Assembly (NCBI RefSeq): GCF_964355755.1
Contig: NC_092670.1
Span: 34,708,388-34,772,387 of the forward strand
From: Antedon mediterranea
Lineage: Eukaryota; Animalia; Echinodermata
DNA: 64,000 nt
Reading direction: 5' to 3'
This document shows positions 40,776 to 52,362 of this stretch, piece by piece. The translations under genes were made by a program, and so were the position numbers. The first letter of the stretch is position 1. Each line of letters opens with the position of its first letter. The notes beneath the pieces were generated by a model. The model searched no databases, was not told the DNA's origin, and saw only the letters and a program-made list of their open reading frames with translations.

Positions 40776-42175
40776 TGTAATTTCTTCACCTCTACTAAGA
40801 ATTTTTTCTGACGTTACTTTAGTAAACTGTTGTTTCCATGAATACTAAAACAAATGATTTTGATGCATCTGTAAAGAAAGCACGATATTGAAATTATTAT
40901 TTTCTTTTTAACTGAAAACAAAACAAATTTTTATTTCTGTGTCTACTTCTGTTTTTGACAACAGTCATAACAACGATAATAGTTGTAATTATTATTATAG
41001 TTATTTTTCAAGGTTCATAAGAGCCTACTGAAAGTCTGAAAAGAAAATGTATCTGTAGTACAAGCAATGTGATGAAATCTGCTGTAAACTGTGTCTATGC
41101 AATGAATTGAATATTCTAGACCTGGATAATTAAAATTAAATTAATTGTTAACGTTTTCCGTCTTCCGACATTACGCTTTCCACAATTTGTTTCCATTTTT
41201 TTCTGTTTATGGCAGGATGGTTTGTTATTGTGTTAGTGTCTACTTGTCCTTGTAAGTCTTTCTTTATTTGATTCATCCAGTTATTTCTTGGTCTTCCTAC
41301 ATATTCCAATACATATACCATGTTCACAACTAAGGATATTGAGAATGGAGAGATACGCTGCAGAGTATTTTATAATAAAGTGTATTATGCTATAAGTATA
41401 TTGTATCTCGAGTCGAGTGGCTGAGCAGTTTAGGCAGTTGGTCTCAAAGGTCTGCTATGAATTATGTGCCTGCATGGCACATTGGTTGGCTTTTGTCGAT
41501 ACTGTATTTTTACAGACATGGTCTGAAAACTTACCTACTGGAAGTTGTTAGTTTAATGTACATATACAATATTTGTTATTGACGGTCAATTTCTGACATT
41601 TGGACTGCTTGGTAGGTTTGCTTGCTTCTGGTAGTATAAAGGCTAAAATAAATGAAATTTTATTTGTGAAGTATGTAGTCAGTCTCACTGCATTACAGTA
41701 CAAATGTCCTATATTCATGTACCATTACATACAGTATATGAACACTATTTCGATTAGAAAATCATTATAGAGCGGGTACACCTCTATTCAAGGAACATTA
41801 GGGAAACTTTCATTTGAAGCAAACATGGAAAATGTGTTATAACACAGGCGACCCTTATTTAGGGGACATTTTCCTGGGTCCCAAAAGTGTTCCCTTAGGG
41901 AAGTACTGTAATCTAAAGTAGAGAATAAACTATATATAGAGGGTACATCAAATAATTTTCTAAAAAGCCCCCAGTGAATATCAGGGGAATGCAGTAAATG
42001 GGTTAAATAGATTTGATTAGTTTTCATTAGGATCTTTTCTATTTTCATTCTTTAGTTCTTTTTTCTTTCATAGTTTATTGCACAGTAGTAGTCGTGGTTC
42101 ATTATGCAAATAACAGCAAACAAGATTTTGATACAGAAAAAGAAACAAAAATATTAGGCTAGATAAAATTATCTT

Positions 42176-43345
42176 CTACTTCTGATGTATCAATTGAAAC
42201 GTACATTTTTCACACACAGCTACCCAATTCTTTCGGTAACAATGTTGATCACGCCAAGCACCACCATGGCGCTTAAACAGAGCAGCACAATTATTACCGT
42301 TACTAAGTTTGGGCTGGCCTTGTTGCCAATCTGAAAGATTAATTACGACTTTTAAGGACTAGTAGAAAAGAAATAAAGTCTTAAAATGATCATGTAACTT
42401 TCATTTATTTAGAGAAGTGAGTAACATACTTTTAAGTTTAATAACTTCCCATTGGGCATATACAAAATTGATAAACATGGATTGAAAAAATATTAATTTT
42501 AATTTTTTAATCTGAAAGTGATATTTATTATTCGTATGAAAGCTGTTTCTTCAGATTTTTTAATTTATGAGCAAAATATCAAAAGAACTGAATAAAAGAA
42601 TAAAAACAAACGTACTTTCATAACTTGATGTGTTTAACATCCACTCAAATATGCCATCTCTATCTATATCATCAATGTAGCCAATCCATGAGGCATTTGA
42701 TGTGGAATCTTCAGTGAGTCTCTGAAGTACCCACATGTTTTCACTTTCACTTGAAATTTCAACCAAATTACTTTTCAAACGCTGGCATTTTTGCGACATG
42801 TTTAGCCACGTACCAGAAGTGTTTGTGACCCAGTAGCATTTGGAAAATGAGGCATTGTAGTGCCATCCTGTTGGACAACCTGTAAATAAATTATGATTTT
42901 AATCGACCTTTTTGACAGACTGAAGTTTAAAAAAACTGTTCCGAAGATAATAAATAATAATTGCTTCTTTACATTGTTCTTAGCATCAGTGCCATAATGT
43001 CTTTCACTGGCTAAAGCCAGAGACACCAGAGCTACAGTAAGAGGTCCTTAGAGGCTCTTTCCCCCTGTGTAGCACCACTGCTATTGTATACGATTTGTCC
43101 TTCAGGTCAAAGGTTAAACTTTATTGCATTTATTCGATAATTATCCGATTTGAATTAGATAATTATCGATTAAATTTCTCGAGTTGAATTGGTTAGACCC
43201 CGTTTCCACAGGTATTTTATCGGTTAATTATCAGTTAATTTTATCGGTTAATTTTTGACTGCGGAAAAACAGCCTGTTACTCACCACAGGTAATGTAATA
43301 TGTAACAGCCAAATATGACAGTACTGCAAGTCCTCTCAGTTCCAT
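42176..43345 (-). CDS. Secreted single-domain C-type lectin-like protein (about 159 aa)
   Basis: Coding exons 43285-43345 (signal MELRGLAVLSYLAVTYYITCG), 42616-42879 (CPTGW..KCY..W....KC....SNLVEISSESEN..SWIGY....GIFEW) and 42176-42330 (NWQQGQPK..NCA..GAWRDQHC....VCEK). GT-AG junctions, both phase 1; upstream UTR-exon donor near 43916. Confidence 0.88.
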
Positions 43346-44697
43346 TTACATAAATTTTAAATTCTGTAAATATAAAAAAAAAGGAGGAGGGGGCTAGCTA
43401 GACAATAATCATATTCTTTAGATAAAAATTTGTGGAGCTGTGTTGTCGACTCACGTTATCGATTCTCATCTGCACATTGCGTTTGTGGCACCACTATTAG
43501 TGACACTGACAACCACTTTATAAAACAGGATTAATTAGAGAGCTTTCACAAAATACGTAATTTTAGCTTCAGGAAATTTTCATTTAGATTTTATATTTCC
43601 TAGACTCTAAAGCTAGACAATTCAGCTATTAAAATGTGTTGTTTAATTGTAATTTAATTAATTAATAAACTAGTATGTTTGCCTGTGAGATGCCGGTGGG
43701 ATTTTACGAAATCCCACCGGGAATTATGGTCGGGATTCCCGGTGGGATCCTGGGAAGATCCCGCCGGGATTTCCGATTGTTTTTTTACCCAGGTATGCCT
43801 GTGAAAACATAAAATCCATTTCACATCTATAATGTTCAGTAGTCACATCAGTCAGTTTGTGGTGTCACGATTAAAAAGTAATAATGTTTAATAAAATAAA
43901 CTATTAATAAACTTACGTCAAAGATTGGTTCATCTAGCTAACAGCTACACTTTGTTAGTTCTTGTTATGTTGTTGCCGGTTGGTCTCCTCTGTACCACTT
44001 CGTTATTTTCTGGTAAAGTCTAGCAGGAAAACAACTGACTAGCTGTTTACTAGATGAAGCTGTTTATAGTTGGTTTAACTATTACTACTTTGAAACCAGA
44101 TGAAATTGTTTCACACTTTTAAATGATTAAATAATTTAATATAAAATGAATGAATGGTTAGATGAACACATGAATGAGCAAGAAGCAGGGGGAAAATGGA
44201 CACAAATATGAATTAAGGAATAAATCAAGCGTTGGGATCTACATACCCTTAAATTGCTGTAAAAGGTGAAAAATGACCAAGTCACTGCTGCTTATAAAAA
44301 TTTGATATGGTTCTTTCATGAACATACTCTTTGCTGAACAAAAACTAGGTGTATGACCATTCATTCAATTGTAACTTGAAACTTCATGTTTAATTAGAAG
44401 TTTATTACAAATAAATTATTTAATCAATAATGTCATTGAACAGTGTTACTGAGACATTGCTTCAGTTTTTTGTCTGTACTTGCGTCAAAGTCAGTCAACC
44501 ATGAATCCTCTCGAATTATAAGCTGTTTTGATTTTATGCGACACGATTGCATATCCATTGTCTTTATCTCTAATATCCATTTTTGCAAGGGGACACTTGA
44601 AATGAACGAATGACAAATATGTTTTAATAGTACAAAAAAAATGAATTTAATGCAAATTGTGGGTGTCACACAGGTATATTATAATGTGCAATAATTT

Positions 44698-45959
44698 CTA
44701 ATACATAAACACTCCTAAATACCAGGTACGCCACATGAGTGTTTCACATCTATATATAAATACTCCTTAATACCAGGTATGCAACTTGAGTGTTTCACAT
44801 CTATACATAAACACTCCTAAATACCAGGTACGCCACATGAGTGTTTCACATCTATATATAAATACTCCTTAATACCAGGTATGCAACTTGAGTGTTTCAC
44901 ATCTATACATAAACACTCCTAAATACCAGGTACGCCACATGAGTGTTTCACATCTATACATAAACACTCCTAAATACCATGTACGCCACATGAGTGTTTC
45001 ACATTAATATATAAACACTCCTAAATACCATGTACGCCACATGAGTGTTTCACATCTATATATAAACACTCCTAAGTACCAGGTACGCCACATGAGTGTT
45101 TCACATCTATACATAAATACTCCTAAATACCAGGTACGCCACATGAGTGTTTCACATCTATATATAAATACTCCTAAATACCAGGTACGCCACATGAGTG
45201 TTTCACATCTATATATAAATACTCCTAAATACCAGGTACGCCACATGAGTGTTTCACATCTATATATAAATACTCCTAAATACCAGGTACGCCACATGAG
45301 TGTTTCACATCTATATATAAACACTCCTAAATACCAGGTACGCCACATGAGTGTTTCACATCTATATATAATACTCCTAAATACCAGGTATGCAACTTGA
45401 GTGTTTCACATCTATATATAAATACTCCTAAATACCAGGTACGCCACATGAGTGTTTCACATCTATATATAAACACTCCTAAGTACCAGGTACGCCACAT
45501 GAGTGTTTCACATCTATACATAAATACTCCTAAATACCAGGTACGCCACATGAGTGTTTCACATCTATATATAAATACTCCTAAATACCAGGTACGCCAC
45601 ATGAGTGTTTCACATCTATATATAAATACTCCTAAATACCAGGTACGCCACATGAGTGTTTCACATCTATACATAAACACTCCTAAATACCAGGTACGCC
45701 ACATGAGTGTTTCACATCTATATATAAATACTCCTAAATACCAGGTATGCAACTTGAGTGTTTCACATCTATATATAAATACTCCTAAATACCAGGTACG
45801 CCACATGAGTGGTTCACATCTATATATAAATACTCCTAAATACCAGGTATGCAACTTGAGTGTTTCACATCTATACATAAATACTCCTTAATACCAGGTA
45901 TGCAACTTGAGGTGTTTCATATCTATACATAAAAACTCCTTAATACCAGGTATGCAACT
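44698..45959. repeat. 51-bp minisatellite, about 25 copies, two interleaved unit variants
   Basis: Unit CTATATATAAATACTCCTAAATACCAGGTA(CGCCACA/TGCAACT)TGAGTGTTTCACAT. Confidence 0.97.
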
Positions 45960-47889
45960 TTAATAATAATTATATTGTTGATTGCTATTGACACACCTAA
46001 TTTTTAATAATAAAACATTCATTTTTCTAAGACTACAATTAATATAAATTTTTTTTTGTTTTTTGTTTTGTTTTGTTTTTTTTTTGAAAATTTGTATCTT
46101 TGATAAGCCAATTTTTTTTTTTTTTATGTATAAAACATTATGGGTCATGGGTAATGTATTTTTGTGTTACTAATTGCAATACTTAGAATACAATTTCTAT
46201 ACACTAAGTATTTAGACCTTTTACCATTTTAACACATTCTTGGTGTCAACTTATTTGTAAGAATTAATGAAAAAAAAAGGAAAAGAGTGGAAATAATGTT
46301 GTCATGATCAAAAGTGTGAAACACTTGGTTCACTTATTTTCACCATTACAGTAAATTTCTATATTTTATAGCTCCTCAGAATAAAAAGTGATACTCGTGA
46401 TTAAAACATTTTCTGGAAGCTGTTGAATTGTAGATACGAATTCATGTACAAATTTTGCGCATCGGATGTTGTGATGTCATCATAAATTGAATTATAAAAA
46501 TCATATTTTCATATTTTGCGTTATACTTCATGACATTTAAAAGAGCGCGCATCGATATTCTACGTATCCAAATTTCTTCAACACGTTAATATGTTGTTGC
46601 TCAGATAATTCCCTTCCAAAATTGCTATCTACGCGTTTCATTATGATGACGTCATCATGTTAAAAATTGAAATAAAAGGCGGGTTCTGTTATTTTCACCT
46701 ATTCTGCGCTGTGAGTAGTATGTACTGTATACAGTATAGTGTATACTGTATATATTTAGACACAATATAGAGGGTACAATATCATTTTATTTTCTTCATA
46801 TCACAATGGCATTATCGTTTTTCTGTGCGCAACATTCTAAGTATGACATAGTTAGTTAGTTTCTACTGTAAAAAAACATTATTTTATCAATGTAATGTAT
46901 ATATTAATATTTTTTTTTGAAGTTGTAAAGTCTATCTTTAAAAAAATATTTACAGCTTTTTGTTAAAAAAATTCCCATAAAACTGCTAATTATATACAAA
47001 AATTAATTGCTTAATTTTTCTACCGGTAATAGGAAAATGACTGCTTATCAACTAAAGTCTAATTCATATTAGATGTTTTTTAAATTTCAAATAAAACATT
47101 TCAGAAACTAAATAATTAATAGACATTAAACCAGTTAAAATTAAAATGTTACTTAACAAAAATACACACATTCAAGATTAAGAAAATGTTATTGTTAATA
47201 TAAATAAAACATACAGAAATGTATGATACTCAGCTGATCAACTTATCATTCTTACAGTTACACTAAATTGTTACAAAATTACTAAACCAAAATAACACTA
47301 GAATCAAACATCATAGATACATAAAATTGGAAGTCAAAAGTATGTATGATGCAATAAAAAAATGTGCTTTTAAATTTACTGTTCAAATATTAGGATCTAT
47401 ATACATTTGATGGATGCAATAACATAAAACAAAATCAGGAAATTTGGTTCAGAAAATACTTGATTCAGAAAATACTTGATTGAACATAAAAATCTATACA
47501 AAGTTCCTTTAAAATGTATTTAAACTTGACTCAATTATTTATAATTGTGACACCCATTTAACATAGTCATATATTTATAATTAAATCATTATAAATTTTG
47601 ACAAGTTTTAGTAGGATAGAATAGACAGATGTCTTTTCACTTGAGCTCCTGTAAATTCTGTTTCGGCAAGCTCTCATAGTGCTGGAGAACTGAGTGGTGT
47701 AAATGGTTCCTCTGTTTCTTCTTCATTTTTTGGTTATCTTAGGATTTTATTGATCTATGTAAAACTCTTTATATAATATTATATAAGACAACATTTTTTT
47801 TTATTATTTGGTGGATGCTTGCACATAATTATGTAGTTGTCCCAGACAAGTCATCTTCTTCAACACTATGATGCGTTTCATTTTTAGAA

Positions 47890-48590
47890 AGCTTTATCAT
47901 CTATTTCATCTTCAAGTACTGCTTCTGGTTGTCTGTTGTTGCTTGTTGATGATCTCTCATTGTCTTCATCTTTGAATTCAATACTTTATTCATTTATTTT
48001 ACTATTAGAAATCTTGACATCTTCCATTTCATCAGTGTTATACATCGCATTATACATGATCTGTGAAGTTGTTTGAGAATCTGCTTGTCTGTTGTTGCTT
48101 GTTGATGGTCTCTCATTTTCTTCATCTGTGAAATCAACACTGTATTCATTTATTTTAATATTAGAAATCTTGACATCTTCCATTTCATCAGTGTTATACA
48201 TTGCACACATGATCTGTGAAGTTGTTTGAGAATCTGCTTGTCTGTTGTTGCTTGTTGATGGTTTCTCATTGTCTTCATCTGTCAATTCAATACTGTATTC
48301 ATTTATTTTAATGTTAGAAATCTTGACATCTTCCATTTCATCAGTGTTATATATAGCATTATACATGATGTGTGAAGTTGTTTGAGAATCTGCTTGTCTG
48401 TTGTTGCTTGTTGATGGTTTCTCATTGTCTTCATCTGTCAATTCAATACTGTATTCATTTATTTTAATGTTAGAAATCTTGACATCTTCCATTTCATCAG
48501 TGTTATATATAGCATTATACATGATGTGTGAAGTTGTTTGAGAATCTGCTTGTCTGTTGTTACTTGTTGATGGTCTCTCATTGTCTTGGA
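47890..48590 (-). repeat. 156-bp coding tandem repeat in the tail of copy B (4 units plus a partial fifth past the stop)
   Basis: TGTGAAGTTGTTTGAGAATCTGC recurs at 48527, 48371, 48215 and 48062. Confidence 0.95.
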
Positions 48591-49785
48591 TCTCATAATA
48601 GATCACTTCACTGTCTGTCTGTTGGTTTCTTGAGATTTGTCGAATTGTCACATTGTGTCTTTGTTGTATTGCATTGATCTCTGGAATTTCAATGTCACTT
48701 TCTCTATCACTGTCAGTGTCACTATTTCTATGATAATATATGTTTTGTGGTTTGTTGTGATGCTTTCTTTTTTGTTGGTATAGCAACATAATGACAAGAA
48801 ACCCAAATATGGTTGTCAATGTTGCCAATAGTATATTTGTTATCTCAATTGTTGGTGTTGCATATGGCGTAGTTGTTAGGGATGTGCAGGGATGAACAAA
48901 AAAATCTATTTCATCAGACCTGTTCTGTACATCAGTACTCACCAGACACTTGAGAGTGTAATTACCTGCTGGCAAATTGTTAAAGCATCTTTCATCATTC
49001 TCCTGGTTGTCACCATCTTCTGTAAGTTCTTCTCCATTTAAAGTCCAATTGTAAATTGTACTAGTACCAGATCCACCTTCTGTGTGGCATTTAAAACAAT
49101 GGACTTCTGGTGTTTCCATATGAACTTCCTGTGTTTTGTACTGTCTTCTTATTTCCACAATTAATCGAGGATGAACAGTCAGTATCAATGTGTAGCACTG
49201 ATAGGTTGTGTATGTGGTGAAATCATCTATGGAACAGCAAAAGAATACACCATTTCCAGCTTGGAAACCAGTCAAAGTTAGGTTAAAAATTAACATACTA
49301 CTTTGTAAATCATCATATAACTCCATATTTACATATTGTCCTTGGATCCATCCCATTGTTATTGTTAATGGGTTAAATGTATATTTTAAAAAGCATGTGG
49401 CTTGTATTTCCTCGTCTTCAATGATATTTTCAAAGTTTTTACACCTAAAAGTAGTACGCCCAAAATCTAAATCTGCAATCCAATTTGCTTCAGCAGAAAC
49501 CACGTAGTGTTTATTCTTATCATCTTGGCATGTGTATAAACCTGCATTTTGTTGTACATTAAAATATATAAACAGATTACAGTTCACTGTATTATTCTTG
49601 TCAGGAAATTTTCCATCAATTTGACCTCTGAACTGTTTATTTGATGGTAGTATTGCTAGATGATAAATATGTGATGTATCATTACTTGTATAATTCCAAT
49701 ATATGAAACCTTCTACAGTTGTATTACTGACATCATGGACAAAAATCACCGCTACAAGGATGAGAACAAGTGATGACCTGGCCAT
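47986..49785 (-). CDS. Receptor copy B: Ig-like type I receptor with intronless CDS and four about 52-aa Tyr-containing tail repeats, 599 aa
   Basis: Intact ORF paralogous to A. TM ITNILLATLTTIFGFLVIMLLY then QQKRK; motifs VIYYEI, IMYNAI x2, IMYNAM, EYSIEL. 5'UTR acceptor TTTCTGTTTCAG ends at 49979. Confidence 0.85.
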   Translation of the reverse strand: MARSSLVLILVAVIFVHDVSNTTVEGFIYWNYTSNDTSHIYHLAILPSNKQFRGQIDGKFPDKNNTVNCNLFIYFNVQQNAGLYTCQDDKNKHYVVSAEANWIADLDFGRTTFRCKNFENIIEDEEIQATCFLKYTFNPLTITMGWIQGQYVNMELYDDLQSSMLIFNLTLTGFQAGNGVFFCCSIDDFTTYTTYQCYTLILTVHPRLIVEIRRQYKTQEVHMETPEVHCFKCHTEGGSGTSTIYNWTLNGEELTEDGDNQENDERCFNNLPAGNYTLKCLVSTDVQNRSDEIDFFVHPCTSLTTTPYATPTIEITNILLATLTTIFGFLVIMLLYQQKRKHHNKPQNIYYHRNSDTDSDRESDIEIPEINAIQQRHNVTIRQISRNQQTDSEVIYYEIQDNERPSTSNNRQADSQTTSHIMYNAIYNTDEMEDVKISNIKINEYSIELTDEDNEKPSTSNNRQADSQTTSHIMYNAIYNTDEMEDVKISNIKINEYSIELTDEDNEKPSTSNNRQADSQTTSQIMCAMYNTDEMEDVKISNIKINEYSVDFTDEENERPSTSNNRQADSQTTSQIMYNAMYNTDEMEDVKISNSKINE

Positions 49786-50689
49786 TATACAATGCCTTCA
49801 CCTCTTTCAATCTTTTGATTTTAGTAAACCTTTTCTATTCTTGATATAATAATACATCAATTATAGAATGCCTTCACCTCTTTTAAGTAAATGTCTCCTG
49901 ATCTTGTGTGAATATTTCCAGTTACCAATCTTGTAATACACAATAAAATGAACCTTACAGAAATAAATTGTGATGATTCTGAAACAGAAACAAACTCTAG
50001 TGCTTGCTTGTGGTTGGTAACAAATTATTATCTTATTTCTTGATCTTGTATTAAATATAGATACAACGTATAATCTTGTTATCTGTGATCAAAAGTCGCT
50101 TAAAAATAATCGTTATCGTAATATTCTAATGTTTCATAAAATATAGAAACAAAAAGTACTAGATGACAGTTTTAAAGCAAATTTTACATTTAATATTTAT
50201 AATATGAATTATTTGTTTGATATTAACAATGGTGACATGATAAAAACATTAAATCTTGAAAAATACAAATCAAAACATTAATTTTTAAATCATAATTGAT
50301 CTCAGCATGAATCATTATAAATAAAGATCAAATCATTAAATCATGATAATAAAAGGTCACAGCATTGGATAATGATAATAGAGATCAAATCATTAAATCA
50401 TGATAATAAAGATCACAGCATTAAATCATGATAATAAAAGATCACTGCATTTAATAATGATAAAGATCACAGCATTAAATCATGATAATAAAGATCAAAA
50501 CATTAAATCATGAAAAATATTGATGAAAACATTAAATCATGATAATAAAAAATAACAGCATTGAATCATGATAAAGATCACAGCATTAAATCATGATAAT
50601 AAAGATCAAAACATTAAAGCATGAAAAATATTGATGAAAACATTAAATCATGATAATAAAGATCACAGCATTAAAAATCATGATAATAA

Positions 50690-51608
50690 CGCCCGTATTC
50701 TTAAACCGGACTTTAGTCGTAGTTCGAAGTTCGACTTGAAAAAGTCGTAGTTCGAGCTATTACTTCAAATTCGATTAAAAAAAAGTTTGCAGTTCGACTT
50801 AATGAAGTCGAGCTTTTAGTCGAGTTGCACACGTCTGGGTAACAAAGGCTATACATTGGCCAATGACAAGAGAGTATTTGAGGAGCAGACGAAATTTTGC
50901 GCATTGATATCACTTTCCATTTTCTTACAACACTTTTTACGCATCAGGACTATATACATGAAAAATAATTTTAATCGTTAATTATTAGAACAAGATCAGT
51001 ATTAATTTAACAGTGAAGTATATTTGATTAACAACAAACAAAATCTTCAAACTATATTTAGGAACCATGGCGGTACGGTAACTTTTATATTTTCTAGGCC
51101 CCCAACAAAGTATGATCGCGACAAACCACGCACTTCATAGCGTGACAAGAAAGCGCTAGGCCCCCTAAACATTCCATCACGTGGTGAATTTCCGCATCTG
51201 CCATTGTCGCTAATGGCGTGACGTAGTTCAAGTTGGACTTGCGCGAAGAAAATAATGTAATTTGTATACGGTTGTAAATAAAGATGATTTTCATTATTAT
51301 AACTTATACCAATGTATATTTAATTAAGCTAATATAAAAATAGATATTTCATTCTTCCAATATCTGGCCAATATAACAACTCAATGACTGTTACGTTTTT
51401 TATAAACATCGTTTAAAAACCATTTAGTCGACCATTTAGCCTGCTCCCTCCAGGACTAAAAAAATTGATCAAAATCCGTCTCGATTTAGTCGAGGTTGGC
51501 CTGATTTAGTCGGTGATTTAGTTGAAGTTCGGTTTATGAATTAAAATGACGTCACTTTTTTAGTTTTAGCTCGAACTACGACTAAAGTCCGGTTTAAGAA
51601 TACGGGCG
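50690..51608. mobile_element. PIF/Harbinger-like MITE in the 5'UTR intron of copy B
   Basis: Perfect 38-bp TIR CGCCCGTATTCTTAAACCGGACTTTAGTCGTAGTTCGA, TAA TSD (50687-50689 and 51609-51611), absent from the paralogous intron of copy C. Confidence 0.9.
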
Positions 51609-52362
51609 TAAGAATACGGGCGTAAAAGATCACAACATTGATTAATGATAATAAAGATAACAGCATTAAATCATTATAGTAAAATGTCACAGCATTGAAT
51701 AATGATAATAAAGATCACAGCATTATAAATCATGATAAAAAAAATCACAGCATTGAATATCATGATCATGACACTGAATCATGATAAATATAGATTGAAC
51801 GAAGCATTGTCAAGACCACTCTCAGTTAAACCTTCATAAAGGTGTAGCCCATCATTGTCGCCCATAAATGATCCATTATTGTTTGGTTTACAGTATAGAT
51901 ATTGATACTGATCGATACAACTGAAGAGTATACACCAAAAGCTAATTAATGTGTTTGTTTAGATTGTTTGATATTCTACTCGCCAGAAAGTGGTTTTACA
52001 GCACTTCCTTGAAGTGCTGTTGTCTTTTTTTTATTATGTTGTCAATAGGGACTTTACGAAACACGACCGTTAGGGGATGACGACAAATATCCTGTGTTTG
52101 CTAGAGAGCGTAAAATCATATACAGTCAACATAGCCATTTTATTAGTTACACACCTTTGCGCGAAAGACGACGACCAACAGTATCTCTCTCCCTCCCCTG
52201 TGTCGCGGCGTGGGACCCTTGCTTGGCTCTGGTGGAACAGCATAGGCCTAGCCTTCCTAGCTAGGAGCCTCCCATTCAAACGCCGTGCAGAATGTATTGC
52301 TTTTAACACAGCCATTTTAACCTAATAAAGCGTTATATTGTTAAACAATTAAATTAGAAGTT

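Noticed and set aside
44698-45959. Regular 51-bp array as a CRISPR array or a repeat-protein gene
   Set aside because: No unique spacers, no cas genes, eukaryotic context. The ORFs on both strands arise because the unit length is a multiple of 3.
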